Part shown: positions 38,235 to 59,130 of the stretch, in pieces
How the letters are laid out: every line of letters starts with the position of its first letter
Numbering within the stretch: the stretch's first letter is position 1
Source of the DNA: Macrostomum lignano
Lineage: Eukaryota
Length of the DNA stretch: 64,000 nucleotides
Assembly: GCA_002269645.1 (NCBI GenBank)
Contig: NIVC01000666.1
Span: 62,001-126,000 of the forward strand
Direction: 5' to 3'
Made by a program: the position numbers and the translations under genes
Notes under the pieces: generated by a model
The model's input: only the letters and a program-made list of their open reading frames with translations
The model's database searches: none
Told to the model about the DNA's origin: nothing

Positions 38235-38597
38235 CGCGTTCTTGTCAGACATTCTCACTCACTCTTGTCAGACATTCTTACCCACTCTTGTCAGACATTC
38301 TCACCCGCTTTTGTCAGACTCATCACCCACTCTTGTCAGACATTCTTACCCACTCTTGTCAGACATTCTCACCCGCTTTTGTCAGACTCATCACCCACTC
38401 TTGTCAGACATTCTCACCCGCTCTTGTCAGACTCATCACCCACTCTTGTCAGACATTCTCACCCGCTCTTGTCAGACTCATCACCCATTCTTGTCAGACA
38501 TTCTCATCCACTCTTGTCAGACATTCTCACCCGCTCTTGTCAGACTCATCACCCACTCTTGTCAGACTCATCACCCACTCTTGTCAGACATTCTCAA
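38235..38597. repeat. 22/23-bp minisatellite
   Basis: cttgtcagacattctcacccgct and cttgtcagactcatcacccact units. Confidence 0.88.
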
Positions 38598-38683
38598 TCT
38601 AACTTTGTGTGATTTAAATCTGAATTCTCCTCTCAGAAAGCTCTCTCCAGCCTGTCAGCTGTCAGTCAGCTGTCAGTCTCTTG

Positions 38684-39253
38684 TCAGTCGCTGCTGATTC
38701 CAAAGCTGCTGACGGTGGCTCCGGTGGCTGAGGTGACCGAAGTCGATCGCACGCTGAAGCCGACGCCGCTAAAGAAGGTGGCAGCGGAAGTTGACCGCAC
38801 CTGCGCCCTGTCGCTCTCGAAGATGACCGCCTGCTGGCCAGAGTCCTCCTCGCTGGCCGCCAGCAGCTCCTTGAGCGCCTCGCGATCGTTGGCCTCCTCC
38901 AGGCAGCGCTGGACGAAGCGGTCCACCGGTAGGGCGCGGATTCTGGCAACGATCTGCACGCGGCACACGGGGCAGTTGCGCCTGTTGTAGTCCACGCACC
39001 AGGTGCGGATGCACTTCTGGCAGAACATGTGGCCGCAGTTGGCCAGGGTGGCCAGGCTGACCAGGTTCTGGCACACCGGACAGCAGAACTCGGAGCCCAT
39101 CATGCGGACAACTTCCTGCATTTGTTGGCGCTTCAGCAGCACGAAGAACAGCTTCTCCATCTCTTCTCTGGCGTCTGCGCCAGCTCCGCCGCTGCCACCG
39201 CCGCAGGTTTTGTTGTCTTCCCCGTCTCCGTCACGCAATTTGTCTGACGACAT
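38684..39253 (-). CDS. Single-exon C3HC4 RING-finger protein (RNF8-like RING), 189 aa
   Basis: CPVC..NCGHMFCQKC..W..CPVC followed by RALPVDRFV; GC-rich codons. Confidence 0.85.
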   Translation of the reverse strand: MSSDKLRDGDGEDNKTCGGGSGGAGADAREEMEKLFFVLLKRQQMQEVVRMMGSEFCCPVCQNLVSLATLANCGHMFCQKCIRTWCVDYNRRNCPVCRVQIVARIRALPVDRFVQRCLEEANDREALKELLAASEEDSGQQAVIFESDRAQVRSTSAATFFSGVGFSVRSTSVTSATGATVSSFGISSD

Positions 39254-39579
39254 TTTGTTTGATAAAAATATTCTTTACTTGCTACTTAGCTTGTTGTTTG
39301 AGTAGTCTGTAACGGATTTCGGTTTTTTTGTATGCGAATTTAGGAAAATGATTTAAGGAAAAGTTCTTTATTGATGGTTTGGTATTGCTTACATATTTTC
39401 AGGTACAAAGATGGAGATTATAGCAGGGGTACAAAGCAATATTTGCGTCTCGGCCGTTCACTTATGTTCAACTGTTCATCTGTGATGTACACCTGTTTGT
39501 ATTTATGAGCTCTCGTAAAATGTCTGTTGTATCTTTGGCAACTTAAAAATTGCAATAATTTCATTAAGGGTAACTCTGC

Positions 39580-40111
39580 TACCCCCCCTCCCTCAGGCCC
39601 CTCAGTGAGCCGCCCCTCAGTGAGCCGCCCCTCAGTGAGCCGCCCCTACTCTCCTCAGGCCCTCAATGAGCCGCCCCTACCCTCCTCAGGTCCCTCAGTG
39701 AGCCGCTCCTACTCTCCTCAGGCCCCTCAGTGAGCCGCTCCTACTCTCCTCAGGCCCCTCAGTGAGCCGCCCCTACCCTCCTCAGGCCCCTCCGTGAGCC
39801 GCCCCTACCCTCCTCAGGCCCCTCAGTGAGCCGCCCCTACTCTCCTCAGGCCCCTCCGTGAGCCGCCCCTACTCTCCTCAGGCCCCTCCGTGAGCCGCCC
39901 CTACCCTCCTCAGGCCCTCAATGAGCCGCCCCTACCCTCCTCAGGCCCCTCAGTGAGCCGCCCCTACCCTCCTCAGGCCCTCAATGAGCCGCCCCTACCC
40001 TCCTCAGGCCCCTCAGTGAGCCGCCCCTACTCTCCTCAGGCCCCTCAGTGAGCCGCCCCTACTCTCCTCAGGTCCCTCAGTGAGCCGCTCCTACTCTCCT
40101 CAGGCCCCTCA
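39580..40111. repeat. 32-bp minisatellite
   Basis: Unit ctcctcaggcccctcagtgagccgcccctact. Confidence 0.9.
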
Positions 40112-40152
40112 AGTGCATGCATGTACACTAAAATATAAAAGCAGGTACAAAG

Positions 40153-40240
40153 TAAGGGCCGCCCATAGATACTATATACTATATATAGTATCTATTTTGG
40201 CAGATACTATATACTATATAGTATCTATGGGGCCGCCTTA
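40153..40240. mobile_element. 88-bp palindromic MITE-like remnant
   Basis: taagggccgcccatagatactat versus taaggcggccccatagatactat (rc of right end); internal agatactatatactata duplication. Confidence 0.5.
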
Positions 40241-40804
40241 GCTTTGATGTAGGAAATCAGTATGAGTTGAGACCAGAGTTACAAATTATAGTCAATATTT
40301 ATCATAAAAAACTTACAATTAATACAGGCGAATATTCGAAGTCCTTTGAAATGCACGATAGGAAAAACTGGAGTATCAGGCAGAAGGCTTGTGACGCCAC
40401 GACACGCCCTGTACTGCTGCTCTGCAGGGGGGGGGCAGTTAATATTAGCAGAGATACCCCACCTCCCCTCTCCGCCTCTTCTCTTGGCCTTGCGAGCAAT
40501 TGCAGCATGGACTCTCTAACAACAGACCATTAAAATCGGAGTTGCTGTCTGCTTAGGATAGAAAATTATAAGTTGTGCGCTTTTTACAGATCTAAATATA
40601 GTAACTGGTGATCAGCTGACCCTGCTCAAACTGCTGGGCCCTCGGCTTGACTCAGTTCAGAGCGAGCAAATAAAACTGCGGGTCCACCGAGTCAAGGAGA
40701 GCGAGAATGAAGGAAACTGGATAAACTGGATTTGGAAGCGCGATCGGTTTAAAAGTCTTCTTTTAAAAGTTCTTTTGGAATGGATCAACAAGCAGAGGCG
40801 CCTA

Positions 40805-41341
40805 TTGGCAGAAGCGCGCAGAGTCACAAGAGCGCATATTGACAGAGGCGCGCAGAGTCACAAGAGCGCATATTGGCAGAAGCGCGCAGAGTCACAAGAG
40901 CGCATATTGGCAGTAGCGCGCAGTCACAAGAGCGCATATTGGCAGAAGCGCGCAGTCACAAGAGCGCATATTGGCAGAAGCGCGCAGAGTCACAAGAGCG
41001 CATATTGGCAGTAGCGCGCAGAGTCACAAGAGCGCATATTGGCAGAAGCGCGCAGTCACAAGAGCGCATATTGGCAGAAGCGCGCAGAGTCACAAGAGCG
41101 CATATTGGCAGAAGCGCGCAGAGTCACAAGAGCGCATGTTGGCTTAAGCGCGCAGAGTCACAAGAGCGCATATTGGCAGAAGCGCGCAGAGTCACAAGAG
41201 CGCATATTGGCAGAAGCGCGCAGAGTCACAAGAGCGCATATTGGCAGAAGCGCGCAGAGTCACAAGAGCGCATATTGGCAGAAGCGCGCAGAGTCGCAAG
41301 AGCGCATGTTGGCAGAAGCGCGCAGAGTCACAAGAGCGCAT
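40805..41341. repeat. 34-bp minisatellite
   Basis: Unit agagtcacaagagcgcatattggcagaagcgcgc. Confidence 0.9.
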
Positions 41342-41779
41342 AAACGAAGCGTAAAAGCAAATCTTTTCCTGCCAGTGTTGTCACTCCAGACACTGCATCT
41401 AGTGCTGGGTGTGGGCTAGGCGACACTTGGTAGGCAAGATGGTCTCTCGGGTGTCCGGAGTTAAAAATAGATCTACATTTCCTCTCGCAGCTTAATGCTG
41501 GGAGTTAGCTGTTTATGAGTCATATCTTTTGAGCTGAGGCTTCAAGAGGACTACTTGTGAGTTGCCATGCAAAACAGTGCGCTCTGTCATTTAGGCTGAG
41601 TTGCAAAACTACTTAGCTCAATGGCTACTGCATACAGCCAATGAATTTGAGCTCATTCCTAGGTTGAGAACTTTCTAAACTTGATTTATATTGCAAGTAC
41701 AAAATCATAATATATTTGTATTTTAGAAATTAAAATATACGCTGTACATTCAGTAGTAGATTGAGGTGTACATGTACCA

Positions 41780-42115
41780 GGTACACTAGACTTCAGTGAG
41801 TGTACAAGTCTGCAGCAGACATTATCGATCGGGGTGTACACTAGACTTCAGTGAGTGCACAAGTCTGCAGCAGACATTATCGATCGGGGTGTACACTAGA
41901 CTTCAGTGAGTGCACAAGTCTGCAGCAGACATTATCGATCGGGGTGTACACTAGACTTCAGTGAGTGCACAAGTCTGCAGCAGACATTATCGATCGGGGT
42001 GTACACTAGAATTCAGTGAGTGCACAAGTCTGCAACAGACATTATCGATCGGGGTGTACACTAGACTTCAGTGAGTGTACAAGTCTGCAGCAGACATATC
42101 GATCGGGGTGTACAC
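41780..42115. repeat. 55-bp tandem repeat, about 6 copies
   Basis: ggggtgtaca recurs at 41831, 41886 and 41941. Confidence 0.9.
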
Positions 42116-42554
42116 AAAACGAAAAAAATCGCAGTATCTGAAAATCACACATCTCAGCAAATATTCTAGCATAAATTTTTACGTAGCTGCATTTATCGAG
42201 TTTATTTTCCGGGAAATCATATAGCTCGTAATTTAAACGCCATGAGCGCATGTTAACAAAATGCGATCACTGTACAGAAGTCGGTTTAGTGAGATGAAAT
42301 AAGTAATATTACGAGGCGAGTCAAAACCACCGATAGAACAAGAATGCAGATATACAAGTGAAGTAAGTGTTTTTTGAATTTCTCAAGTTACATAATAGAC
42401 TATATAATATTACTTTCAGTAGAGATTAGCGGCAATGATAACATTTACGCTACGATTTATTAGAGCGCATTTAATTAATCTGACATCTGCCACTTGAGAA
42501 GGTGAAAATACAAATGAATTTTTGCGCTTTAAGTTAATCAAATTTCTAATCACT

Positions 42555-43090
42555 CTCACTCTCTCTCTGTTCACTCTCCCTGTTCACTCTCCCTGTTCAC
42601 TCTCTCTCTGTTCACTCTCCCTGTTCACTCTCCCTGTTCACTCTCCCTGTTCACTCTCTCTCTGTTCACTCTCCCTGTTCACTCTCTCCCATTCACTCTC
42701 CCTGTTCACTCTCCCTGTTCACTCTCCCTGTTCACTCTCCCTGTTCACTCTCCCTGTTCACTCTCCCTGTTCACTCTCCCTGTTCACTCTCCCTGTTCAC
42801 TCTTCCTGTTCACTCTCCCTGTTCACTCTCCCTGTTCACTCTCCCTGTTCACTCTCCCTGTTCACTCTCCCTGTTCACTCTCCCTGTTCACTCTCCCTGT
42901 TCACTCTCTCCCATTCACTCTCCCTGTTCACTCTCCCTGTTCACTCTCCCTGTTCACTCTCCCTGTTCACTCTCCCTGTTCACTCTCCCTGTTCACTCTC
43001 CCTGTTCACTCTCCCTGTTCACTCTCTCTCTCCATTCACTCTCCCTCTCCATTCACTCTCCCTCGTCACTCTCCCTGTTCACTCTCTGTT
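42555..43090. repeat. 13-bp repeat
   Basis: (ctctccctgttca)n, ending next to the AP-2 stop codon. Confidence 0.9.
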
Positions 43091-43101
43091 CACTTGGTCA
43101 G

Positions 43102-50952
<7,851 letters not shown>

Positions 50953-51599
50953 TTCTCTGTTCAAGGCAATCTGAGCTTGGGAGATGTCGCTCTCGGTGGA
51001 TTTTCAGCTTCTCAGAAATCACAGCGGCAAGTTGATGGGCAAAATTATTCTTGCAGAGACAGAAGAAGCCACTCGGAGTCACCCCTGCTCACTTTGCTCA
51101 GACTGCGCTGCGATCCCATTGGCTCCTCTCAATCGAGCAGTGGCTGAGCTGCTCTCCCCTAACTGGCTGGGAGAATTGGGAGAATGGGGGAGCGGGGATC
51201 TCACCCGCTCTGCTCAGCCCTAACTTTGCAAAATTATTTACCAGTCTTACCTGTCAGTCAGTCGCATTCGTGCCACTTTTCAAAATAATGCGTACCTAAC
51301 GAGTGATTTGAGTCTAGGGGATTTAGTTATTAACAAGCGGCTTTGGGGATAATTCGGGAAGTTCAGTCTGGCAGAAGGGATAATGGCGGAGCGCGGCCGG
51401 CCAGTCATGCGGCAGAGTTGAGTCGCTTTGTTTTGGAACGTGACAAAATTTTTATGAATGAAAACTCAATTCTGCAGCTGATAATCTCAGCCCAGGTAAG
51501 GTGAGAGTGAGAGAATGAGACAGATTTTATTGAATTGGAACGGTATTAAGAAGACATTAAAATGAGTGAGATTGGATTAGGAAGGCTGAACTTAGTTAA

Positions 51600-52195
51600 G
51601 TGAGATTGAAGACAACAGACGTGAGATCGGATACAGTAGGGTTAAGATTAAATACAGATGTGGTGAGATTAGATACAGAAGGGTGAGATCAGATACAGAG
51701 GGTATGAGATTGGATACAGATGGGTGAGATCAGATACAGAGGGGGTGAGATTGGATATAGTATAGGTGAGATTAAATACAGAAGGGGTGAGAAATGTGTT
51801 AGATTTGATACGGTAAGGGTGAGATTAAATACAGAAGCGGTGAGATTCGATACAGAGGGAGTGAGATTTTATACAGTAGGGGTGAGATTAGATACAGTGG
51901 GGTGAGATTAAATACAGAAGGGGTGAGATTAGATACAGTGGGGTGAGATTAGATACAGTGGGGTGAGATTAAATACAGAAGGGTGAGATTAGATACAGTG
52001 GGGTGAGATTAGATACAGTGGGTGAGATTAAATACAAAAGGGGTGAGATTAGATACAGTGGGGTGAGATTAAATACAGAAGGGGTGAGATTAGATACAGT
52101 GGGGTGAGATTAAATACAGAAGGGTGAGATTAGATACAGTGGGGTGAGATTAAATACAGAAGGGTTGAGATTAGATGCAGAATGGGTGAGATGGT
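51600..52195. repeat. ~20-bp minisatellite
   Basis: gtgagattagatacagtggg variants. Confidence 0.85.
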
Positions 52196-52779
52196 AATTG
52201 CACTGCAGGTAGAAGGTGGGATGAAATCCGTGACCGGGAATCGAACTTGAGTCTTTCATAGAAATATCGATCGGTGTCTGCTAGAGAATGTGTGCGGCAG
52301 ACAGATTGGATTGCGGGAGATTCGGGGTCAAACATGAGCAGTCAGGTGACCCAAGAGGCAATAACAAGGCCAGCGACATTCAGACGGTACAACCCCAAGA
52401 TGGATTCCAAGAAGGCCAGTTCAGAAGCGGGAGCAGAGTCTGAGAGGGAGACAATGATTTCGATAGGAAGCGATCGATGCCACTCATGCACCTCATGAAT
52501 AAGTAATTGGAGAAATATGAGATTGGGTGAAAATGGTCTGCAGTGCTTTGTGAGCACATCTTAACGGTGAATTGACAGCACTATGCTTTCTTTTTTTCTG
52601 TGTCTGATTGTACTTTGACCTCAGCGAGTCTCGATCTATTGAGTAGGTCCACAGACTGGTGTAGGCCACCTGTTCACTCATTCAGGACTGAATGAATGCG
52701 ATGAAGATTCTGATCTATAAGTAACTTCTTTTGAAAGACAAGCTTTTTGCTGCCTCTAACTTTTTCATGATTGGGTGGT

Positions 52780-53220
52780 CATGTTGACAGCATGACTAGG
52801 TAGGTGACAGCATGACCAGGAGACAGCATGATCAGGTGACAGCTTGACCAGGTGACAGCATGACCAGGTGACAGAATGACCAGGTGACAGCATGACCAGG
52901 TGACAGCATGACCATGTGACAGCATGACCAGGTGACAGCATGACCATGTGACAGCATGACCAGGTGACAGCATGACCATGTGACAGCATGACCATGTGAC
53001 AGCATGACCAGGTGACAGCATGACCAGGTGACAGCATGACCAGGTGACAGCATGACCAGGTGACAGCATGACCAGGTGACAGCATGACCAGGTGACAGCA
53101 TGACCAGGTGACAGCATGACCAGGTGACAGCATGACCAGGTGACAGCATGACCAGGTGACAGCATGACCATGTGACAGCATGACCAGGTGACAGCATGAC
53201 CAGGTGACAGCATGACCCGG
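52780..53220. repeat. 16-bp minisatellite
   Basis: (gtgacagcatgaccag)n. Confidence 0.92.
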
Positions 53221-53689
53221 TGTGAGGTGCTTGAATCGCCCATTACGAACGAGGAAAAGCATAGAATGATCCCTATAGTAGGGAGACAATATTAAAAGCA
53301 TTTTCTTTAATCCCAGACTAAGGGTTGCGCAGTGGGTCCATTATTTTTATTCCATTTCGATTTCCCAAGGAGCCACGGCTTTCCCCTGCTTGCCCCCAAG
53401 TTTTTTCTGTTTATTTTCAATTTACATTGGCAGCAAACAAAGAATTCGGCAACAGCCTCCCGGAGACTCCAGCTTCGCCCACTTGATGTTGATGCCCGGA
53501 AGCTAAAAAAGCTTTTTGGGTTTTAATTGATTTTCTTTCTTCAATTAGGGCGCGCAATTGTGCAACAGCCGGCTCGAAGAGTCTCGAGCAGAACTTGCTG
53601 GCGTGATTGCTATGGGGTAATTGGATGGATAAAGCAAACAGGCTGAGAAGCTGTCGCTGAGCACATTTGTGAGGCTAATGGAGTCCTGT

Positions 53690-54005
53690 CTCTCATCCCT
53701 CTCATTCTTACCCTTTTTCTCATCAATTCTCATCCTCTTTTTCACGCATTCTCATCCTCTGTCTCATCCATTCTCATCGTCTTTCTCATCCATTCTCACC
53801 CTCTGTCTTATCCATTCTCACCTGCTTTCTCATCCGTTCTCACCCTCTTTCTCATTGATTCTCATCGTCTGTCTCATCCATTGTCACCCTCTGTCTCATC
53901 CATTCTCATCCTCTGTCTCATCCTTTCTCATCCTCTGGCTCATCCATTCTCACCTTTCCTATCCATTCTCACCTTCTTTCTCATCTATTCTCACTCTCTT
54001 TCTCA
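53690..54005. repeat. Degenerate ttctcatcc repeat
   Basis: Recurrent tctcatcc / ttctcacc motifs. Confidence 0.7.
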
Positions 54006-54361
54006 TTCGGTCTAGCTTTTGCTAGACCGAATCGCAATTTTATTTCAACTTATCGAACAAAGACCGATTAGAAAGGGCAGCCCGGATGAGGCGGGCTGTC
54101 AGTGGGAGGAGTTTTGGTATAAAAAATATTCCCAACTAGTCATTTAGGGCCCTCATCCCCCAGTCACGCCTGGGGGCTCGGGGGCCGCCCCAAAGCCAAG
54201 GGGACCAGAGTCTGGGGTGCCAACTCTTTTTCCGGAAACCCCATTGTTAACCTTAAACCGTTTTTTAGACTTGCTTTCATTTAAAAAATCACTGAATTCC
54301 TATCTGTTCGGAGCTCTTTGTAAACAGCATTTCTTAAAACTCTTTTTTTCATCTAGATGTT

Positions 54362-55120
54362 TGGGTTTAGGTTTTGGTTAGGGTTTATATACTTGGGTTT
54401 AGGTTGGGGTTTAGGTTAGGGTTTAGGTTGGGGTTTAAGTTAGGGTTTAAGCTTGGGTTTAGGTTAGGGTTTAGGTTGGGGTTTAGGTTAGGGTTTAAGC
54501 TTGAGTTTAGGTCAGGGTTTAGACTTGAGTTTAGGTTAGGGTTTAGGTTGAGGTTTAGGCTTGGTTTTAGATTAGGGTTTAGGCTTGGGTTTAGATTGGG
54601 GTTTAGGTTAGGGTTTAGGTTAGGATTTTGGTTTGGGTTTAATTTAGGGTTTAGGTTAGGGTTTAGGTTAGGGTTTAGGTTAGGGTTAGGGTTTAGGTTA
54701 GGGTTGGGGTTTAGGTTAGGGTTAGGGTTTAGGTTAGGGTTTAGGTTTGGGTTTAGGTTGGGGTTTAGGTTAGGGTTTAGGTTAGGGTTTAGGTTAGGGT
54801 TTAGACTTGTTTTTAGGTTGGGATTTAGGTTAGGGTTTAGGTTGGGGTTTAGGTTAGGGTTTAGGTTAGGGTTTAGGTTAGGATTTTGGTTTGGGTTTAA
54901 TTTAGGGTTTAGGTTAGGGTTTAGGTTAGGGTTTAGGTTAGGGTTAGGGTTTAGGTTAGGGTTAGGGTTTAGGTTAGGGTTAGGGTTTAGGTTAGGGTTG
55001 GGGTTTAGGTTAGGGTTAGGGTTTAGGTTAGGGTTTAGGTTTGGGTTTAGGTTCGGGTTTAGGTTGGGGTTTAGGCTTGGGTTTAGGTTCGAGTTAGGTT
55101 TAGGTTCGGGTTTAGATTAG
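54362..55120 (+). repeat. Interstitial telomere-like array
   Basis: Mainly TTAGGG+TTTAGG 12-mers, with a ~258-bp internal duplication (ggattttgg at 54623 and 54881). Confidence 0.88.
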
Positions 55121-55444
55121 ATTATAAATAAAAATTATAAAAATAAAAATATAAAAATATAAAAAATAACAATAACAATAAAAATTCGCAGGAGGGGCTG
55201 CAGGCAACCTGGCGCAACGTCTTTGGCGACATCATCCTACAGCCAGCGCTGAGGCAATCACGCACTCACACACACGCTCCCATAGGGTGTACAGCGGCCC
55301 AGACTTTCTAATCGTCAGACATGTACAGTCTCTGTGCCTTGGGGGTTGGGCCTCATGGGTGCGAATCACGCGAACCCCCCCTCCCCGACCAGTTTATTCT
55401 GATGAACTGACTTTTATATTTTATTATTATACTATAGTATATAT

Positions 55445-55690
55445 ACTCTCAGATCCCCCTATCCTATACTCTCAGATCCCCCTATCCTATACTCTCAGAT
55501 CCCCCTATCCTATACTCTCAGATCCCCTATCCCACACTCTCAGATCCCATATCTCACATTCTCAGCTCCCAGATCCCACACTCAGATCCCACATCCCACA
55601 CTCTCACGTCCCCTATCCCACACTCTCAGATCCCCTATCCCACACTCTCAGATCCTCTATCCCACACTCCCATATCCCAGATTCCTACAC
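55445..55690. repeat. ~23-bp degenerate repeat
   Basis: ctcagatccccctatcctatact variants. Confidence 0.8.
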
Positions 55691-56109
55691 CACACTATTT
55701 TACATCCCATCTGCTGTGATTGCTTTTAAATCCTATTTTTAAAAGTAACAAAATTATGTAAACGTGGGTAAACCGTTTTTCAAGTATCTGTCAAAAATAT
55801 ATTTTTTAAAGTCAAGAATTTTTGTTTCTAAAATTTCTACAATGAAGAAAAATGAACAGCACTGACCATTTATATTTAGAAAATATCGTATAAGCAAACC
55901 CAGGAACTCGAATTAAAAATAAAGTTTATACTCACTGCTACTATCAGTAGGCAAGATGGGGCATCAGTCAAGCAGGTCTCTTTGATGCAAAATAAACGCA
56001 ACTTTATTGGTTAAGAAAAAATTACAGGCAATAATAATACTGCAATATTAACAGAAGCCAGTGTCTATTGACACTGACAATACTGTAAAATAGTCTGGGC
56101 AGAGCCTGG

Positions 56110-56752
56110 TCATGACCCGGTCATTGAGCTACCCGGTCATTGAGCTATCCGGTCATTGAGCTACTCTGTCATTGAGCTACTCGGTCACTGACTACCCGGT
56201 CATTGAACTACCCGGTCATTGAACTACCCGGTCACTGACTACCCGGTCATTGAGCTACCCGGTCATTGAGCTACCCGGTCATTGAGCTACCCGGTCATTG
56301 AGCTACCCGGTCATTGAGCTACCCGGTCATTGAGCTACCCGGTCATTGAGCTACCCGGTCATTGAGCTACCCGGTCATTGAGCTACCCGGTCATTGAGCT
56401 ACCCGGTCATTGAGCTTCCCGGTCATTGAGCTACCCGGTCATTGAGCTACCCGGTCATTGAGCTACCCGGTCATTGAGCTACCCGGTCATTGAGCTACCC
56501 GGTCATTGAGCTACCCGGTCATTGAGCTACCCGGTCATTGAGCTACCCGGTCATTGAGCTACCCGGTCATTGAGCTACCCGGTCATTGAGCTTCCCGGTC
56601 ATTGAGCTACCCGGTCATTGAGCTACCCGGTCATTGAGCTACTTGGTCATAGAGCTACCCGGTCATTGAGCTACCCGGTCATTGAGCTACCCGGTCATTG
56701 AGCTACCCGGTCATTGAGCTACTTGGTCATAGAGCTACCCGGTCATTAAACT
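56110..56752. repeat. 16-bp minisatellite
   Basis: (tacccggtcattgagc)n. Confidence 0.95.
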
Positions 56753-56755
56753 ACC

Positions 56756-57103
56756 TCACTTCCGGCCGGCAGACTCCGGCCGCCTCTTGCTGTCCATCTG
56801 GGCTATGAAGGCTTTGATCTGCTGGTGCACCGCGGCGGGCACTGACTGCACCACCGAGTCAACTTTGTCGTCAAACTGAGCTCTCTGCTCCTCCTTGTCC
56901 AGCGCCAGCAGCTCCAGCACGGCCCGGTTAACAGCGGCTGACACGCTGCCATCAGAGGCCATCGCCTCGCGCGCGAACTGCACCGCCACCTCGCCGTTGC
57001 GCCGTTCCCAGTCTCGAAGATGGCGCTCGATGCAGCGCTTGAAGTCAACGCCGCTACCGGCGCCAGTGGCGTCCGCCGCGTGGTCGCCTTTCTTTCTTGA
57101 CAT
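56756..57103 (-). CDS. Unknown helical protein, probably the first coding exon (ends at TGA or a AA|gtgagg donor)
   Basis: 115-aa non-repetitive ORF with strong GC3 bias; ctgcag acceptor 11 nt before the ATG; no family recognised. Confidence 0.6.
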   Translation of the reverse strand: MSRKKGDHAADATGAGSGVDFKRCIERHLRDWERRNGEVAVQFAREAMASDGSVSAAVNRAVLELLALDKEEQRAQFDDKVDSVVQSVPAAVHQQIKAFIAQMDSKRRPESAGRK

Positions 57104-57275
57104 GTTTTTTTTGGCTGCAGATTGAACGAACTGATGAATAATGGTGACTTTTTATGACATTCTGCAAGGCAGCAGAGCCTTCAAGTTAGGTATTGAATTC
57201 TTTGTTGGGGACTTCTATGGTCAAAACCCTTCCAGACGCAAGGAAGTAATAATAATTTTTAATTAGTATGATTAT

Positions 57276-57680
<405 letters not shown>

Positions 57681-58704
57681 CCCATTGTCACTTTATTACA
57701 TGATATTCGCTCTGCCCCCACTTCATATTCCTTCTTCAAGTTGCTAACAGTAACTTGAGGAGCACAAAATTAAAGATTCGACTATTCAATATCAATTGAA
57801 CCACGATTATGACGAAATCAAGCTGACGAAATGGTTAAGGACAATCCTGTAACCCGTGGCATTGCGTAATTATTATCCAGCTATCACGCCTGTCCAATTC
57901 CCGACTGCCACGTTGCATTACACTTATTTCGCGTCAGCACGACTCAGCACAACGCGTCCTTAGCGTAAGATAGAATGGATTGAGAATTGAATGGGGTGGT
58001 GGGTGGGTGGGTGGGTGGGTGGGGGGAGAGGGTCACTCCTCCAATGTACGCGCTGAGCCTTTACCCCGTCAATGCACAAACGGACCCCGTGTCTGTACAG
58101 AGGCGTGTTCCGTTCTATTTTTAGCTCGTATAATATGCCTTCTCCCACATGAAAGGCAGTTAGAGAATTCCTGTCCTAGTCTGAATTCAAGGGCAATAAC
58201 GATTCTAGAACAATCAAGAAAATTTCGTGTGGATAGAGAATACCAGAAATTTCTGGAAACGAGTTGAAATTTACACGCGCATAATTGAATATTTTTCCTT
58301 TTGATTTTTTCTTGCTTTGACAGTCCTTCTTACGAGCTACTTTCGGGATTGATAAGCCCAGTTTCCCGAGGAATATCGCGCGAAAGCTCGAGTGAAGTCT
58401 AAAAATGGGGATCAGGTTGCTTGAAGAGAGTGAGAGCTCACTTGTATATTGTACTAAGAATGCATTGCAATTAGTATCAAAATGGGATTTTGCTACAGAG
58501 CTTTCAGGAAAAGAACGATTGGAAAAAATGCATTGGGAGAGACAGGAAGATTCGCTATTTCGCTTGAGCCTTGTTAATTTACCAGATTCCATAAATAAAT
58601 TTCTAACTCAAAGTCGACATCAGTTTTTTTAATTGTGAATAACATCAAATTATATTTGTGAAATCGCCTCGGACGCACTGCATGACTAGCTTCCAATAAA
58701 CCTT

Positions 58705-59130
58705 GGTGTTTGGGGGCCTGTTTAGGGGCACTGCTTGTGGGGGGCGCTTTTTAGGGGCACTGCTTGGGGGGCGCTGTTTAGGGGCACTGCTTGGGGGCCC
58801 TGTTTAGGGATGGCGCTGCTTGGGGGCCCTGTTTAGGGATGGCGCTGCTTGGGGGCCCTGTTTAGGGATGGCGCTTCTTGGGGGCGCTGTTTAGGGATGG
58901 CGCTGCTGGGGAGGCGCTGTTTAGGGATGGCGCTGCTTGGGGGCGCTGTTCAGGGATGGCGCTTCTTGGGGCGCTGTTTAGGGATGGCGCTTCTTGGGGC
59001 GCTGTTTAGGGATGGCGCTTCTTGGGGGCGCTGTTTAGGGATGGCGCTGCTGGGGGGCGCTGTTTAGGGATGGCGCTTCTTGGGGGCGCTGTTTAGGGAT
59101 GGCGCTGCTGGGGGGGGGGCGCTGTTTTGG
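58705..59130. repeat. ~29-bp GC-rich minisatellite
   Basis: gggggcgctgtttagggatggcgctgctt variants. Confidence 0.88.

Noticed and set aside
36934-38697. 200-aa ORFs with repetitive sequence
   Set aside because: Translations of the 42- and 22/23-bp arrays.
42309-42330. tacgaggcgagtcaaaa as a mariner TIR
   Set aside because: No matching inverted partner seen.
54374-55120. 248-aa FRLG-repeat ORF
   Set aside because: Translation of the telomere-like 12-mer.
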